The notes under the pieces were generated by a model that made no database searches, was not told the DNA's origin, and worked only from the letters and a program-made list of their open reading frames with translations. A stretch of 64,000 nucleotides of DNA, taken from assembly GCA_025558095.1 (NCBI GenBank), contig JAIVFI010000026.1, positions 124,001-188,000 on the forward strand. Reading direction: 5' to 3'. Of the stretch, positions 1-10,948 are shown piece after piece (position 1 is the first letter of the stretch; each line of letters begins with the position of its first letter). Position numbers and translations under genes: made by a program. This DNA is from Hyaloraphidium curvatum SAG 235-1 (taxonomy: Eukaryota > Fungi > Monoblepharomycota).

Positions 1-339
1 GGCTTCGGCGGGCATCGGGTCGGTACGTGAGGGGCGGGCCGGTGTTGCGGAAGGGGAGCGGCGTGCGGGACGAGTTGCCGGAGCGCTAGGGCCGCGCGTC
101 GGTCCGCCTTGTGTGACTGGTCGGAGCAGCGCTGCCGGCCGGTCCCGCTTTTGTCCGCGGGATTTGCTGGGCCGCTACGTGTCAGGGGAAACGCGCAAGT
201 GGCACAGCATCGGCCACCATCCCCAGGCCGCACAGCCCGCAACCATCGCGCCCAATCGCGCCCGAGACTGGGGCTCCGATCGTCTGCAGCGTGCTCCTCG
301 TATGATTGCGTGGATGAGGCGATCACACCGGGCAGTCGC

Positions 340-895
340 TGCATGTGTCCTCAACTCCCTGTCCTCGGTCCAACTCCTCGACCTGCGCCCCGGCCTCCAT
401 CCCCACCATCCCCATCCTGGCCATCGTAATTCCTCGGCATGGATGCTTCTCCGAGCTCCCTGCGCCGGACCAGGGCGCTTCCAGTTTCCGTCCACATTCA
501 ACCCGATGCCTGGCACGCGCCGTCGATCTGGAAGGACTTGACAATGCCCGAGCTGATAAAGCGGCTGCCAGAGGTGGTGATGGCCCTTTTCCTGGCCAAG
601 GTGCAGGCTCCGGCGGGGGTTACTTGGGGTGAGGCCGGGCTGCTGCTTGCGATGAAGCAAGTCGAATCCCTCGGTGTCGTCCCGGACACATAGAGCCAGA
701 AGCTCGTGCCCTCGGCGTACTCCCTGCTGGCGTTCCCCGCAGTGTAGGTGTAATCGGTGCTCCCTGCGACGCGGAGGTCGGTGACCCGAGAGTGTCGAGC
801 GCCGTGGTCCCGTCGCCGTCCCCGATCTGCACCGCCGCCATCGGGCTGTAAGCCCCGCCGAGCCTCATGACGATCGTCGAGATCGTGCATTTGGC
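340..895 (-). pseudogene. Degenerate copy 1 of a secreted choice-of-anchor-R-like gene (3' part plus downstream flank)
   Basis: Minus strand reads CTISTIVMRLGGAYSPMAAVQI..LDTLGSPT, then after a frameshift TDYTYTAGNASREYAEGTSFWL...KSFQIDGACQASG* (stop at 498). Homologous to 4115-4820 and 20065-20735, including the 3' flank. Confidence 0.75.
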
Positions 896-1323
896 GAATT
901 CGGATTGTGTCCCGCCCGTTGGATTCGGTCGCGGTTGGGGAGGTGCAAGGCAGGCGGTCGATTGACGCTGGTGGCGGCGGGGGTGAGAAGCCGATGACAG
1001 GTCGGTCGGTTAGAGGCACAGTCCAACCTGGAATGACGGGATCGTCCGTCGCGAGCAAGACGGGAAGAAGGGAAAGGGGCAAGGGGATGGGCGGCGTCCG
1101 AGAAGCCCGGCCGTCCTCGGTCGGATGCTCCGGCAGGCCAGAGCCGCTCCCCAACGTCGCCTAAACGATGGTACGATTTGACGATGCATACCTGCCGAGC
1201 CCGGGTCGAGGGCGTAGTGTGTGTTGCGCGGCCCAACGAACGAAGGGGCAGGGACGCGGCGACGCGGACCGATTTGTTCCTGCCGCAGCCGCAGCCAGCC
1301 CGCCGCCCCGACGACCCTGCGCG

Positions 1324-3795
1324 ATGGCATCCCCCGCGGGCGAGGCGGACGACCCGCAGCTGTCGGCGGCGGGCGTGTCGGCGCTGCTGGCGGCGACCGA
1401 GGCGGCGGTGCCAGCGGGCTCGACGGCGCTCTCCGTGCCCGCGATGAAGGACGTCCTGAGCGTCCTCGGGCGGCTGCCGGGGGCCGCCCCGCCGCGGCCG
1501 GCCATCGACGCCCGCTTAGCCGCGCTCTACTCGGCCGACGTGCTCGTGGCCGGGCTGCTGTGGTTCGGCGCGCTCGGGCTGCTCGGCTCCGGCGCGTCGC
1601 CCCCGCCGCTGGGCGCGCTCCCCCTGGGCGAAGTCGCGGAGAAACTCGAGCGCAGGGTGGAGCGGCTGGTCGCAGGCGGCCTCGAGGCGTTCTGGGCACA
1701 GCACGGCGTCCCGCAACCCGGCGGGGACGGCGGGTCGCGCGGCGGCACCACCGCGGCCCCCGCAACACTCGCCCTGCTGTGGGCGCTGCTCGGCGTCTCG
1801 GCATTCGCCGACCTCGAGCTCTCGCGGCTGGCCGCCGCCCGCGCCGCGCTGGGCTCCATCATCGCCGTGCTCGCCGCCACCGGCGTGCCGCGGCACCGCA
1901 CGCCCGGCCCGGGCTACTCACTCGACGACCTGCTGCTGGCCGCCGTGCACATCGACGTGCTGTGGTCGGCCGCCGTGGCCGAGGCTTGGATGGCCATCGG
2001 CACCGGCACCCCGCTCGCCCTCGATCCCCCGCGCGACTTCCCCTCGGCGGGAATCAACATGCCCCTCGAGCGCCTGCAGGACCTGCCCCTGCCCTCGCAA
2101 CGCCCCCCTAACGGCCCCGTGCCGCCGGACCTCTGGAGCCCGCACGCGGAATTCACCGCCCGCGAGTGGCTCGGCTGGCTCGACCCGGAGCTGGACCCTC
2201 CCGTGGCCGACGGCGTCCGCGCGCGGGTGCTCCAGCTTTCCTTGGGGAACTTTTCGTCGTCGGGGATCGGGTACGTGATGACGCTGGCGGTCTACGCCGG
2301 GGCAAAGGTGGCCGGGTTCGCGTCGTGGCTGGCCGAGGAGGCGGGGCTGACGGTGCTCGAGGTCCTTCTGGCCGAGGAGATCGCCCACCGCACCGGAACC
2401 TATGCCCCGGACAGCCCCGCGGGGAACGGGCCGATGCCATGGGCCGCCGACATCGACCGCCGCTACGTCGAGGGCCTCTTCCTCAAGCCGCTGCTCGGGG
2501 AAGCCATCCGCCGCCACCGGCACTACCGCGCCGCCCTGGACGCCATCCACGCCGCCGTCGACCCCGCCGTCTCCGCGGCGGTGCTGGCCTCGGACCACGC
2601 CGCCTTTGCCGCCGCGGTGCCCCACCTCGACGGCGACAAGCAGCAGCTCCTCCTGGGGTGCCTGGCCAACCTCCGCCACGCGTCGATGATGCTGCTGTCG
2701 CCGGCGCCGTTCGAGGACCTGGACGGGTGGGGGCGTTCGATCCAGCAGGCCGCTGCTGCCGCCGCTGCCCTGGAACCCGGCGCCGCCTCCCCGACCCCCT
2801 CAAACCCTTCGTCCCCCCCCTCCCCACCCTCAACCCCGCGCTCCTCCCCCCCGGCATCCCCCTCCTCCCCTCCGCACGACCCCGAAGACGGCCCGGACGT
2901 GCTCCGCGCGGTCTGGTTCCGCTCCCCCCCCTTCCGCTCCGCCCTCTCCTCCGCCATCGCCGTCTCCTCCCTCTCCCGCCTCCTCGCACGGCACCACCCC
3001 GACGGCCTGCAGGCGAGCGTGTACACCCCGCTGGCGTGCCGCTCGGCGGTCGCGGCCGCGTGGCTGCACCTCCTGGTGCTGCGGCGGTTCAGGGGCATGG
3101 CGGCCTCGGCGGGGTGGAGGGAGCGGGCGGCGGCCGAGGGGGCGTACGAGGGGATGCTGGGGGACGTGGAGGCGTGCCTGGAGCTGCTCCGCGCTTCGGG
3201 CAAGCCCGCGTTCGCCGAGGTCGGGGTGCTTCTCGAGAGGCTGGCCGAGGACGACGGGGTCAGGCTGTCGAGGGGGGAGATCCAGCTGCTGAGGACGGCG
3301 AGGCGGAGGGCGGAGCGGTGCGGGCACGTGGAGGGGGGCGGGCACGAGCGGGGGGCGTGCTGGGTGTGCGCGGCGGCGAGGTCGAGGGGGGAGGAGACGC
3401 TCGATGGGGAGGACGTCGAGGGCGAGGGAGAGGCGGGGGGGGATCCCCTCGCCGAGAGTTTGCACCGCGTACGCGCCTTGGAGCCCGCGCGGACCAACTC
3501 GTTCGGGAGCACGGCGTCGGGCTCCGTCGCGGGGTATTCGGACGCGGACCGCGCGGGCGCCCGACGGCGCGGCAGGCGGGTGAGGTTCGCCAAGGCCGTG
3601 GAGGTGTTCGAGACGTGGGCGACGGAGGAGTACCCCGGGCGGTCGATGCACGCGCCGGACGGGCCGGAGGAGGGGGACGGGGACAGCGAGGTGTCGGTCC
3701 CGGGGTGGGCGGGGGCGCCGCCGCCGGTCGGGGAGTGGGACGGCGGGGAGACGCTGCGGATGATGCTGATGATGCGGGGGCTGATGGCCGAGTAG
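1324..3795 (+). CDS. Hypothetical helical protein with C-terminal PP1-docking-like motif
   Basis: Long single-exon ORF (ATG 1324, MASPAGEADD) with coding-like codon usage. C-terminal RRVRFAKAVEVFETWATEEYPGR resembles the RVxF...V.V.ET....Y.R signature of Bni4/spinophilin-type PP1 regulators. Confidence 0.7.
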   Translation: MASPAGEADDPQLSAAGVSALLAATEAAVPAGSTALSVPAMKDVLSVLGRLPGAAPPRPAIDARLAALYSADVLVAGLLWFGALGLLGSGASPPPLGALPLGEVAEKLERRVERLVAGGLEAFWAQHGVPQPGGDGGSRGGTTAAPATLALLWALLGVSAFADLELSRLAAARAALGSIIAVLAATGVPRHRTPGPGYSLDDLLLAAVHIDVLWSAAVAEAWMAIGTGTPLALDPPRDFPSAGINMPLERLQDLPLPSQRPPNGPVPPDLWSPHAEFTAREWLGWLDPELDPPVADGVRARVLQLSLGNFSSSGIGYVMTLAVYAGAKVAGFASWLAEEAGLTVLEVLLAEEIAHRTGTYAPDSPAGNGPMPWAADIDRRYVEGLFLKPLLGEAIRRHRHYRAALDAIHAAVDPAVSAAVLASDHAAFAAAVPHLDGDKQQLLLGCLANLRHASMMLLSPAPFEDLDGWGRSIQQAAAAAAALEPGAASPTPSNPSSPPSPPSTPRSSPPASPSSPPHDPEDGPDVLRAVWFRSPPFRSALSSAIAVSSLSRLLARHHPDGLQASVYTPLACRSAVAAAWLHLLVLRRFRGMAASAGWRERAAAEGAYEGMLGDVEACLELLRASGKPAFAEVGVLLERLAEDDGVRLSRGEIQLLRTARRRAERCGHVEGGGHERGACWVCAAARSRGEETLDGEDVEGEGEAGGDPLAESLHRVRALEPARTNSFGSTASGSVAGYSDADRAGARRRGRRVRFAKAVEVFETWATEEYPGRSMHAPDGPEEGDGDSEVSVPGWAGAPPPVGEWDGGETLRMMLMMRGLMAE

Positions 3796-4114
3796 CCGTT
3801 CCGGCCTTGTACGGTCTGACGTCCTTGGCTTCGGGCTACATACAGAGGCTGCCCGGCGCCCCGGCGCGATCGCTCATCCACCCCGACAGGTACGGACACT
3901 CGGATGCGGGACCGGCGGGTCGCGGATGGGCGCCGTGCTCGGGCTGGGCGGTGGATCGCGCGACCGTTGGTGGGGCGCTCCGTCGAGCGAACCCCGCGCG
4001 CTAGGATTGGCGACGACAAGCAAGAGACCCTTGGTCCCGGCTCGCCGCCCGAACCCGGGGAGCACGGCTACTGTCCGGTCCTCCCGGCCCTAAGGTCGCA
4101 TCAACCAGCGACGG

Positions 4115-4820
4115 CGGACGGCCCGATGCCTTCGGTGCAGGTCCGCGACGATGGCGAGCAACCCCGGATCCACGGTGCTCGACACTCTCGGGTCCCCGAA
4201 CCCCGCGCGGCAGGGCTCGGCAAACACGGACTACACCTACACCGCGGGGAATGCCAACACGGAGTACGCCCCAGGGGACGAGCTTCTGGGTCAGGGTCGA
4301 GGGCACCACCGACTCGGTCAACTTCCCCGCGAGCAGCGCGGCCATAGCCCGCCACCGGCGCCGGTGCCTTAGCTGGAAACAGGTTCACGTGCAACTAGGG
4401 CACCACCTGGGCACCGTCAACTCCTTCCCGATCAACGGCGCCTGCCAGGTATCGGGTTGAATGTAAACGGGTGGCGCCCTGGTCCATGAGGGCGCTCCAA
4501 AGTGCATCCAGCGCCACGTAGTGCGGTGGGAGGGATTCGACGGGGGATCTCTGTACAATCTCTTCTGTGTGTATGGCGGCAGTGTCGACGATTATGCCCG
4601 TACTGGTGCAAGGGCCTCGGCGAGGACACCGTGGGCAGCGAGGAGACCTCTGGCGGCGACCTGCTTCCTTCGTGAGCAAGGAGCTCGGAGAAGGACCAGG
4701 GCCCAGCGAATTGCGAATGTGGGTAGGGGGAAGGTCGTGATGGACGAGGCCGCAGTGAAGACGTCGGGGTCGAGAAGTGGGCACGACGGTGGCACCGCGA
4801 CTCGGTCGGGGTTCCGCGCG
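4115..4820 (+). pseudogene. Degenerate copy 2 of the choice-of-anchor-R-like gene (5'-truncated) with downstream flank
   Basis: ADGPMPSVQVRDDG / SNPGSTVLDTLGSPNPARQGSANTDYTYTAGNANTEYA / GTSFWVRV...NSFPINGACQVSG* (stop 4460), spread over three frames. Flank 4650-4820 matches 340-460 (inverted) and 20560-20735. Confidence 0.75.
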
Positions 4821-4983
4821 AGGGAGGCAAGCGAAAGAGAAAGGGGCACCCATGCATGCGCTGCGCCGCCAAACCCCCCCATCGCGTTTTCCGGCGTCCT
4901 ACCGGTGGCTTTGACCCCCCGTTGCTCCGGCGTCGCTTTGTTAACGGCCCTCACTCCCAACCCCACTCGACCCCTCCCGGCCG

Positions 4984-7427
4984 ATGCCATGGCGGCCCCC
5001 GGTGCCGCCGCTGCTCGTCCGCGCCGCGGCGCTTAGCCGCCCCCGCGTTCCAGCCGCCCTCTGCCCGCCAGTTCTGCCGCCGGCGATGGGCAGCGGGCCG
5101 GCCGCCGCGCGGCTGCGGCGCGACATGAACGGCGTGGGCAAAATGTGGGGAAAGGGCGGCAAGCACAAACAGGCGAACACGGCAAAGAAGGCCGCCCGTG
5201 CGGGCGTCGATGGACTGCCGGGGCTGGACTCGCCGGGGGCTCTCTTGGAGGAGAGGCAACTGCCGGCGGACAGCGCGCCCCCGGAGCCCTCTCCCGCGGA
5301 ACTCGATGCTGCAGACGAGGCAGCTGCCGGCCAGGTCGACGCTCCGCCAGGGGCCACACCGGCCCTTGAGGAGCTGTTCATCGCCCTCGGCCGGGAGGAC
5401 TCGCCGCCGCGCGAGGAGCCCCCCGAGAACGTCGACCGCGCCTCCCGCTACTTCCCCGCCGAGGCCACCACCCACACCCGCACTCCCTACGCCTCTCTCT
5501 TCGCCGACCTCTCGGACCCCTTCCGCCCTCCGGTCCCCGGCCCCCCCGTGAATTTGCAGGTGGACAACCGGGCCCCGTGGCTCCCCCCCGGCCTCGACCT
5601 CCCCGCCGACCGCGCCTCGGCCTTGGACATCGAGCTTCCGCACCTCGCTGCGTTCCTGCTCCCCGACGAGCGCGAGCACGGCGTGCGGCTCGACGCCCTC
5701 GAGCGGCTGGAAAAGGCCGCGGGCAAGGCGGCTGCCGGGTACGAGTTCCGCGCGGGGGGTTCGTTCATGGCCGCCACAGGGTCGTGGGACGCCGACCTGG
5801 ATTGCGTCGCGGTGCCGCGGGGCCACCGTGCCGGATCGGACGGCGAGGAGATGCCGGACAAGATGCTGCAGAGCAGGGCGCTCGGCAAGATCATGAAGAG
5901 GCTGCGGGTCGCGGGGTGGGAGGCCAAGCTCATTTCCCGGGCCAGGGTGCCCGTTCTCAAGGTATACCCTGCTTTAGCTCACTGAACCGAAATCTGTGGC
6001 TCACCGGGTGTTGCCCCGCCTGGCAGATCGTCGACCCCGACACCCAGCTCAGGATCGACCTCACCGCGCTCCAGCCCTCCCTCCTCCGCTCCCTCCTCGC
6101 CACCCGGCGCCTCCTCTCCGCCGTCCCCGGCGCCCACCCCGCCGCCGTCTTCCTGAAGCGCTTCCTCCGCCTGCGCGACCTGCACGAGCCCTTCGAGGGC
6201 GGCCTGGGTGGGTACGCCTCGGTGCTGCTGGCGTGCTGGGCGGCGCGGCGCAACCCCCACCTCGGACCCGGAGGCGCGCTCATCTCCCTTCTCCGCCTCC
6301 TGGCGGGCCAACCCGATCCCGACTCGGGGCGACCGCTGTACTCCTCGGAGCTCTCCCTCTCCCCCCACCCGCCGCACCGCCCCCTCTCCCGCCCCTCCCG
6401 CGGCCCCCCCGGCCTGCGCATCTCGGACCCCGCGGACCCGGCCAACGACGCCGCGCGCGCCTTCAGGCAGCTCGCTCCCCTCCGCCAGGCCGCGGCGCAG
6501 GCGCTGTCGCTGATCGCCGGGTCGGAGGGCAGCCCCGCCGCGAGCGTGGTGCCGTGGTCGGCCGGGGAGCACCGGCGGCGGGCGGCGATGGACCTCCGCG
6601 AGGCGAGGGGCGGGTGGGACGGGGACGAGGTGCTGGTCCGGCCGGCGAAGCACAGGCCGAATGCAAAGGAGAGGAGGAAGGCGGCGAGGGCGCTGGCGCG
6701 GGAGGCGGCGGGGAGGCAGGGCGGCAAGCGTGGGCTGAGGGAGATTTCGAGGGCGTTCGACGAGCTGGACGAGGAGGAGGATGTGGAGGGGGGCGGGAGG
6801 AGGTTCAAGAGGACCAAGAGGGGAAAGGAGGCGTGGGACGAGATCGAGGCCGCGGTGAGGGAGCTCGAGGAGGCCAAGGGGGCCGTTGCGCTCCTGCCTG
6901 ACGAGGACGGGGACTCGGTGCCGTCCTCGGACGACGAGGCCCGGCCGAGCTTCTCAGGGATCGGCGCCCCGCGCAAACAAGGGAAGCCCCCCCGCCCACC
7001 CCGTGATTCGGGCTCGGACTCCGACTCCCCCCGCACCCGCGCAAAGCGGCCCCGTGCCCCTCCTTCCTCCCGGCAGCGTTTCACCTTCCGCGCCGACGGC
7101 TTCGACACCTTCCTCGACGACGCCGGGGCCGACGTCGCGCTGCGGTCGCCGGGGTACCGCGGCGAGGCGGTGCGGTTCGAGCTGCGGGGTGAGCGCCTTC
7201 CGTCGCGGGAGACGACGGGGAAGGGAGGGATGGACAGGGGCGGAAAGAAGGGCAAGGGCGGGAAGAGGGGGAGGGGTTCGGGTGGCGATGGGGAAGGGTG
7301 GGAGGGGAGGGAGGTGCCTCGTGGGAAGGCCAAGGCGGGCAAGGGGAAGCAGGGCACGAAGTCCGGCAAAGGTTTGGCGCCGCCGGCTTGGTCGACCGAC
7401 AGGCGCAGCGTCGGACCGAGGTATTGA
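4984..7427 (+). CDS. Non-canonical poly(A) polymerase / terminal nucleotidyltransferase (Trf4/Cid-like)
   Basis: Pol-beta NTase motif GGSF..TGSWDADLD, then ARVPVLK, intron ~5962-6026, IVDPDTQLRIDLT, LRDLHEPFEGGLGGY and LRISDPADPANDAAR (PAP-associated). Charged, Lys/Gly-rich C-terminus. Confidence 0.8.
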
Positions 7428-7870
7428 TTCATTCAGTAGCCCGCGCCCTTGTCCTGGGGCATTCAATGTTACCATCCCATCGGGACCAATGTTCTCCGAC
7501 CTCTCTCGCTGCCGCAGAGATGGAATCTCCGGGAGCCTTCCATCTCCGAGTTCGGGAGGCTTCTTCGTCAGCCCCCCTCCTCGCGGGCCCTCTACATGAC
7601 TTCCGCACGCCACCGGCTTACGGCGGCCCTGGTGCGCGGCACAGAACCCATATTCCGACCCCGGGTCAGTCTTTGCGTTCGCGGTAACGGCGGCGGCTCT
7701 GCTGGAGGATTTCCGGACGGCCGGCCAGGACTCGGGATCGGGTTCGGTGCAGGGGGCGTCCACGGCGGCTGGGAGGGCGGCAGGGCGGCAAGTAGTCGGG
7801 TGGAGGGCACGGCTCGGTGGCTCTACGAGATGGAAGGGTAGATTTCGGGCGGCATGTATTGTTGCCGACG

Positions 7871-9217
7871 CTACTTCCTCGCCAGCAAGCCCTCCATGTA
7901 CAGCGCCTCGTATCCCTCCGCCATCCGCGCGATCGAAAACGCCTCCCTCACCCTCCCCGCCGCCTCCTTACCCATCCTCTCCCTCTCGCCCCTGTCCCCC
8001 AGCACCCTCTCCAGCGCGGCCTCCAGCGCCTCGGTCCCGTTCCCCCCGTGCTCGTACAGCACCCCGTCCCTGCCGTCCCTCACGAGCTCCGGGATCCCGT
8101 ACACCCGCGCGGCGACCTGCGGCACCCCCGCGGCCATCGTCTCCATGCACACGAGCGGCATCGACTCCTCGGCCGAGTTGAGCGCGTGCACGTCGGCGGC
8201 GCGCATCCACAGCCGGAGGAGGGCGGCGTCCGCGGTGCTGTTGACGACGGCGACGAGCGGGCCGAGGGGCGCGGCCTCCCGCTCCACGAGGTCCTCGTAC
8301 CACCGGATGTATTCGTGCCGCTCCGCGCCGACCAGGTACAGCCTCGCCGGGTCCCGCGCCTGGGCCCCCGACGCGCGGCGCCGCGCCACGACGCGGGCAA
8401 AGGCGCGCACGAGGCCCAGCTGGCCCTTGCGGGGGCACAGCGTGCCCAGCGACAGCACGGCCAGGCCGTCGGCGGGGATGCCGAGGCGGCGGCGGGCGTC
8501 GTCGCGCGGGATGCGGACGGCGGCGTCGAAGGGGCCGGGGTCGAGGCCGTAGCGGACCACGGGGGAGGGGAGCGAGGGGTGCAGCCAGCCGAGGGCGCGG
8601 TAGGCTTCGCGGGTCGAGTGCGCGCCGAACGCCGTGCGGGCCTGGGCGAAGGAGGCGGCGAGGACCGCCGGGGGGCACGAGGCGTTGAGTGCCAGGCCGG
8701 GGTGCGTGGGGTCGCTCTCGTGCACGGACCACACGGCGACGGCGTGCGCCAGCGGGCCGCCGGGGGCGTGCAGGTGCGCGTGGCACGTGAGCACGGTGTT
8801 GTGCTGCACCACGGCGTACGGCCGGCCGCGCGTGCGCAGCCAGCCGGCGACGTCCGCGTCCGGCGCCACGTGCACCGCGAAGCCGTCGGCCTCGAGCCGC
8901 GGCCGCAGCGGGCCGTCGCGCGGCGCGAGCACGTCGACGGTGCGCCAGCCGCGCGCGCGCAGGCCGGCCGCCAGCCGGTGCAGGAAGATCTGCGCGCCCT
9001 GATGCATGAGGTCGTGCGACACGAGGAGCACGGGCGCCGCGCGGCGCAGGGCGGCCAGCGCAGCCAGCGCGGGGGCGCCGCCGTCGCACGGCGGCCCGCC
9101 ACCCTCGCCCGGCGGCCCGCCCGGCCCGCCCCGCCCGCCCCGCCAGCGGATCGCCGCCGCGGCAGAGAGGAGGAGCGCGGCCGCGAGCAGCGCACGAAGC
9201 GCGGGGACGCGCGCCAT
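7871..9217 (-). CDS. Glycosyltransferase family 4 (GT-B) with N-terminal signal/anchor
   Basis: Intronless. Motifs VLLVSHDLMHQGAQ, LGTLCPRKGQ, ADVHALNSAEESMPLVCMETMAAGVPQVAARVYGIPELVRDGRDG. Hydrophobic N-terminus. Confidence 0.9.
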   Translation of the reverse strand: MARVPALRALLAAALLLSAAAAIRWRGGRGGPGGPPGEGGGPPCDGGAPALAALAALRRAAPVLLVSHDLMHQGAQIFLHRLAAGLRARGWRTVDVLAPRDGPLRPRLEADGFAVHVAPDADVAGWLRTRGRPYAVVQHNTVLTCHAHLHAPGGPLAHAVAVWSVHESDPTHPGLALNASCPPAVLAASFAQARTAFGAHSTREAYRALGWLHPSLPSPVVRYGLDPGPFDAAVRIPRDDARRRLGIPADGLAVLSLGTLCPRKGQLGLVRAFARVVARRRASGAQARDPARLYLVGAERHEYIRWYEDLVEREAAPLGPLVAVVNSTADAALLRLWMRAADVHALNSAEESMPLVCMETMAAGVPQVAARVYGIPELVRDGRDGVLYEHGGNGTEALEAALERVLGDRGERERMGKEAAGRVREAFSIARMAEGYEALYMEGLLARK

Positions 9218-9382
9218 GGATGGATGCCGGTGCCCAACCAACATATCAATTTAAGAGCAAGAGGGGTTTCGGGGATTCCGCCACCGTGTATCGCAGCAGC
9301 TCTTCGTTCCCTCCCTGGCGCTCATCTGGCTAGGGCTATGGCGCCGGCCCTGTCCAAGTGCTATTGTAGGGGGTCGTTTTTG

Positions 9383-10432
9383 CTACGCGCCCAGCGCCGC
9401 CCCCGCCCGCTTCCGGGCATCCTCGGCCGGCGCCGCCGCGCCCCCCTCGTCGTCCGACGACGCATCGGAGCTCCCCCAGGAGTCCCAGGCCCCGGGGGTC
9501 GTCGTGTCCCCGTCGTCCTGCCCCGGCAACGCGCCCTCCTCCATCTCCCGCACCGCCCTCGCGATCCCCTCCGCGAACCCCACCCGCGGCGCCCACCCTT
9601 CCGCCACCAGCTTCCCGCAGCTTATCCTCCCGTCCCTGACTTCCCACGCCGCCTCCGGCCCCCCGACGAACGGCACCGCCCGCCCCACCGCCTCCCCCAC
9701 GGCGCGCAGCACCTCCCCCACCGTCCTCGCCTCCCCGCTCCCGACGTTGTACACCCCCGCCAGCCCCTTGTCCAGCACGAGATCCACCGCCGAGAGCAGG
9801 TCGCTCAGGTGCAGGTAGTCCCTCGTCGCCGCCCCGTCCCCGCGCACCAGCACCGGGGACCCCTCGCCCCTCGCCGCCCTCGCCGCCCGCGGGACGAGGC
9901 CCTGCGGCCGCGCGGGGTCGGTGGCGAACCCGTACGGGTTGGCGATGCGCAGGATGCAGCACCTGATGCCCAGCCGCGGGCACGCCGACAGGAGCACGCC
10001 CTCGGCGGCGAGCTTGGCCCGCGCGTAGGCGCCCCGCGGCGCAGGGGCGTCCGGTTCACCTGCGGGCCGGCCGGGCGCGTCGCCGTGCACCGCCGCGGAG
10101 GAAAAGAACACCAGGTGCGGCGGGGACGGGCACGAGGCCAGCGCGGCGAGGAGGAGCGCGAGGAGGGCCAGGTCCGGGGCGCCGGCGGTGCGGGGGCACG
10201 ACTCGGCGGGGGAGGGGAGGGCGGACCACGCGAGGTGCAGCACGGCGCGGGCGGGCGCGGGGCCGCCGGGGGCGAGGAGGCCGGCGAGCGGGCGGAGGCC
10301 GTCGCCCGGGGTGCGCGAGAAGAGGGACGCGGCGTGCGGGCCGTGGCGCGCGCGGAGGTGCGCTGCGATCGGGCGCGCGAGGGCACCGCGGCCGCCGGTG
10401 ACGAAGACGGGCGGCGGGCCCGGGCTTGCCAT
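9383..10432 (-). CDS. NAD-dependent sugar epimerase/dehydratase (extended SDR)
   Basis: Intronless. Motifs VFVTGGRGALA (Rossmann), FFSSAAVHG, YARAK (YxxxK), LRIANPYG, RDYLHLSD, YNVGSG. Confidence 0.9.
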   Translation of the reverse strand: MASPGPPPVFVTGGRGALARPIAAHLRARHGPHAASLFSRTPGDGLRPLAGLLAPGGPAPARAVLHLAWSALPSPAESCPRTAGAPDLALLALLLAALASCPSPPHLVFFSSAAVHGDAPGRPAGEPDAPAPRGAYARAKLAAEGVLLSACPRLGIRCCILRIANPYGFATDPARPQGLVPRAARAARGEGSPVLVRGDGAATRDYLHLSDLLSAVDLVLDKGLAGVYNVGSGEARTVGEVLRAVGEAVGRAVPFVGGPEAAWEVRDGRISCGKLVAEGWAPRVGFAEGIARAVREMEEGALPGQDDGDTTTPGAWDSWGSSDASSDDEGGAAAPAEDARKRAGAALGA

Positions 10433-10948
10433 CGAAGCGCGGGTGATGGCGGGGGAAAGACCTTTTGGGGGATGGGATAAGGGATGGATATCTGACGGGT
10501 GGTTCGGTCTCCCGGGCCTGACTCGAGGGTCGCGCCAGGGTAAGACATCAGAGAGTGGGGCGAGGAGGAGAGAAAAAAGAGGAAGAGCGACGGCATGATT
10601 AGCAGGACAGTCACGTTGTTGGCTGTAGAAGAGAGGGAGTCCGGCGTCCTTCGCCTGAGGGACGCTACGTGGCTGAATCGGCTCGGCCCGAACCCGGGTC
10701 GGGACCACCGCGGCATCCGTACCTAACCATCCAGCGCCCACGTACCGTGGAGCTCCGATCCTCGTTTCCGGCGTGCAGAACACGCTGGTCAGCCCGGGGA
10801 AGTGCGCGAGTCCTTATCTTGACCGGGGATAGCGGTGCTTCCCGTGTGCATCTGTTCAGGATCCCCAATCCCCCCAAACAACATCAGGGGATCGGCGGCC
10901 CTGCGCAGGAACCGGCGCCGGCCCCAGGGACGGCCCCGGGGAACAGCC

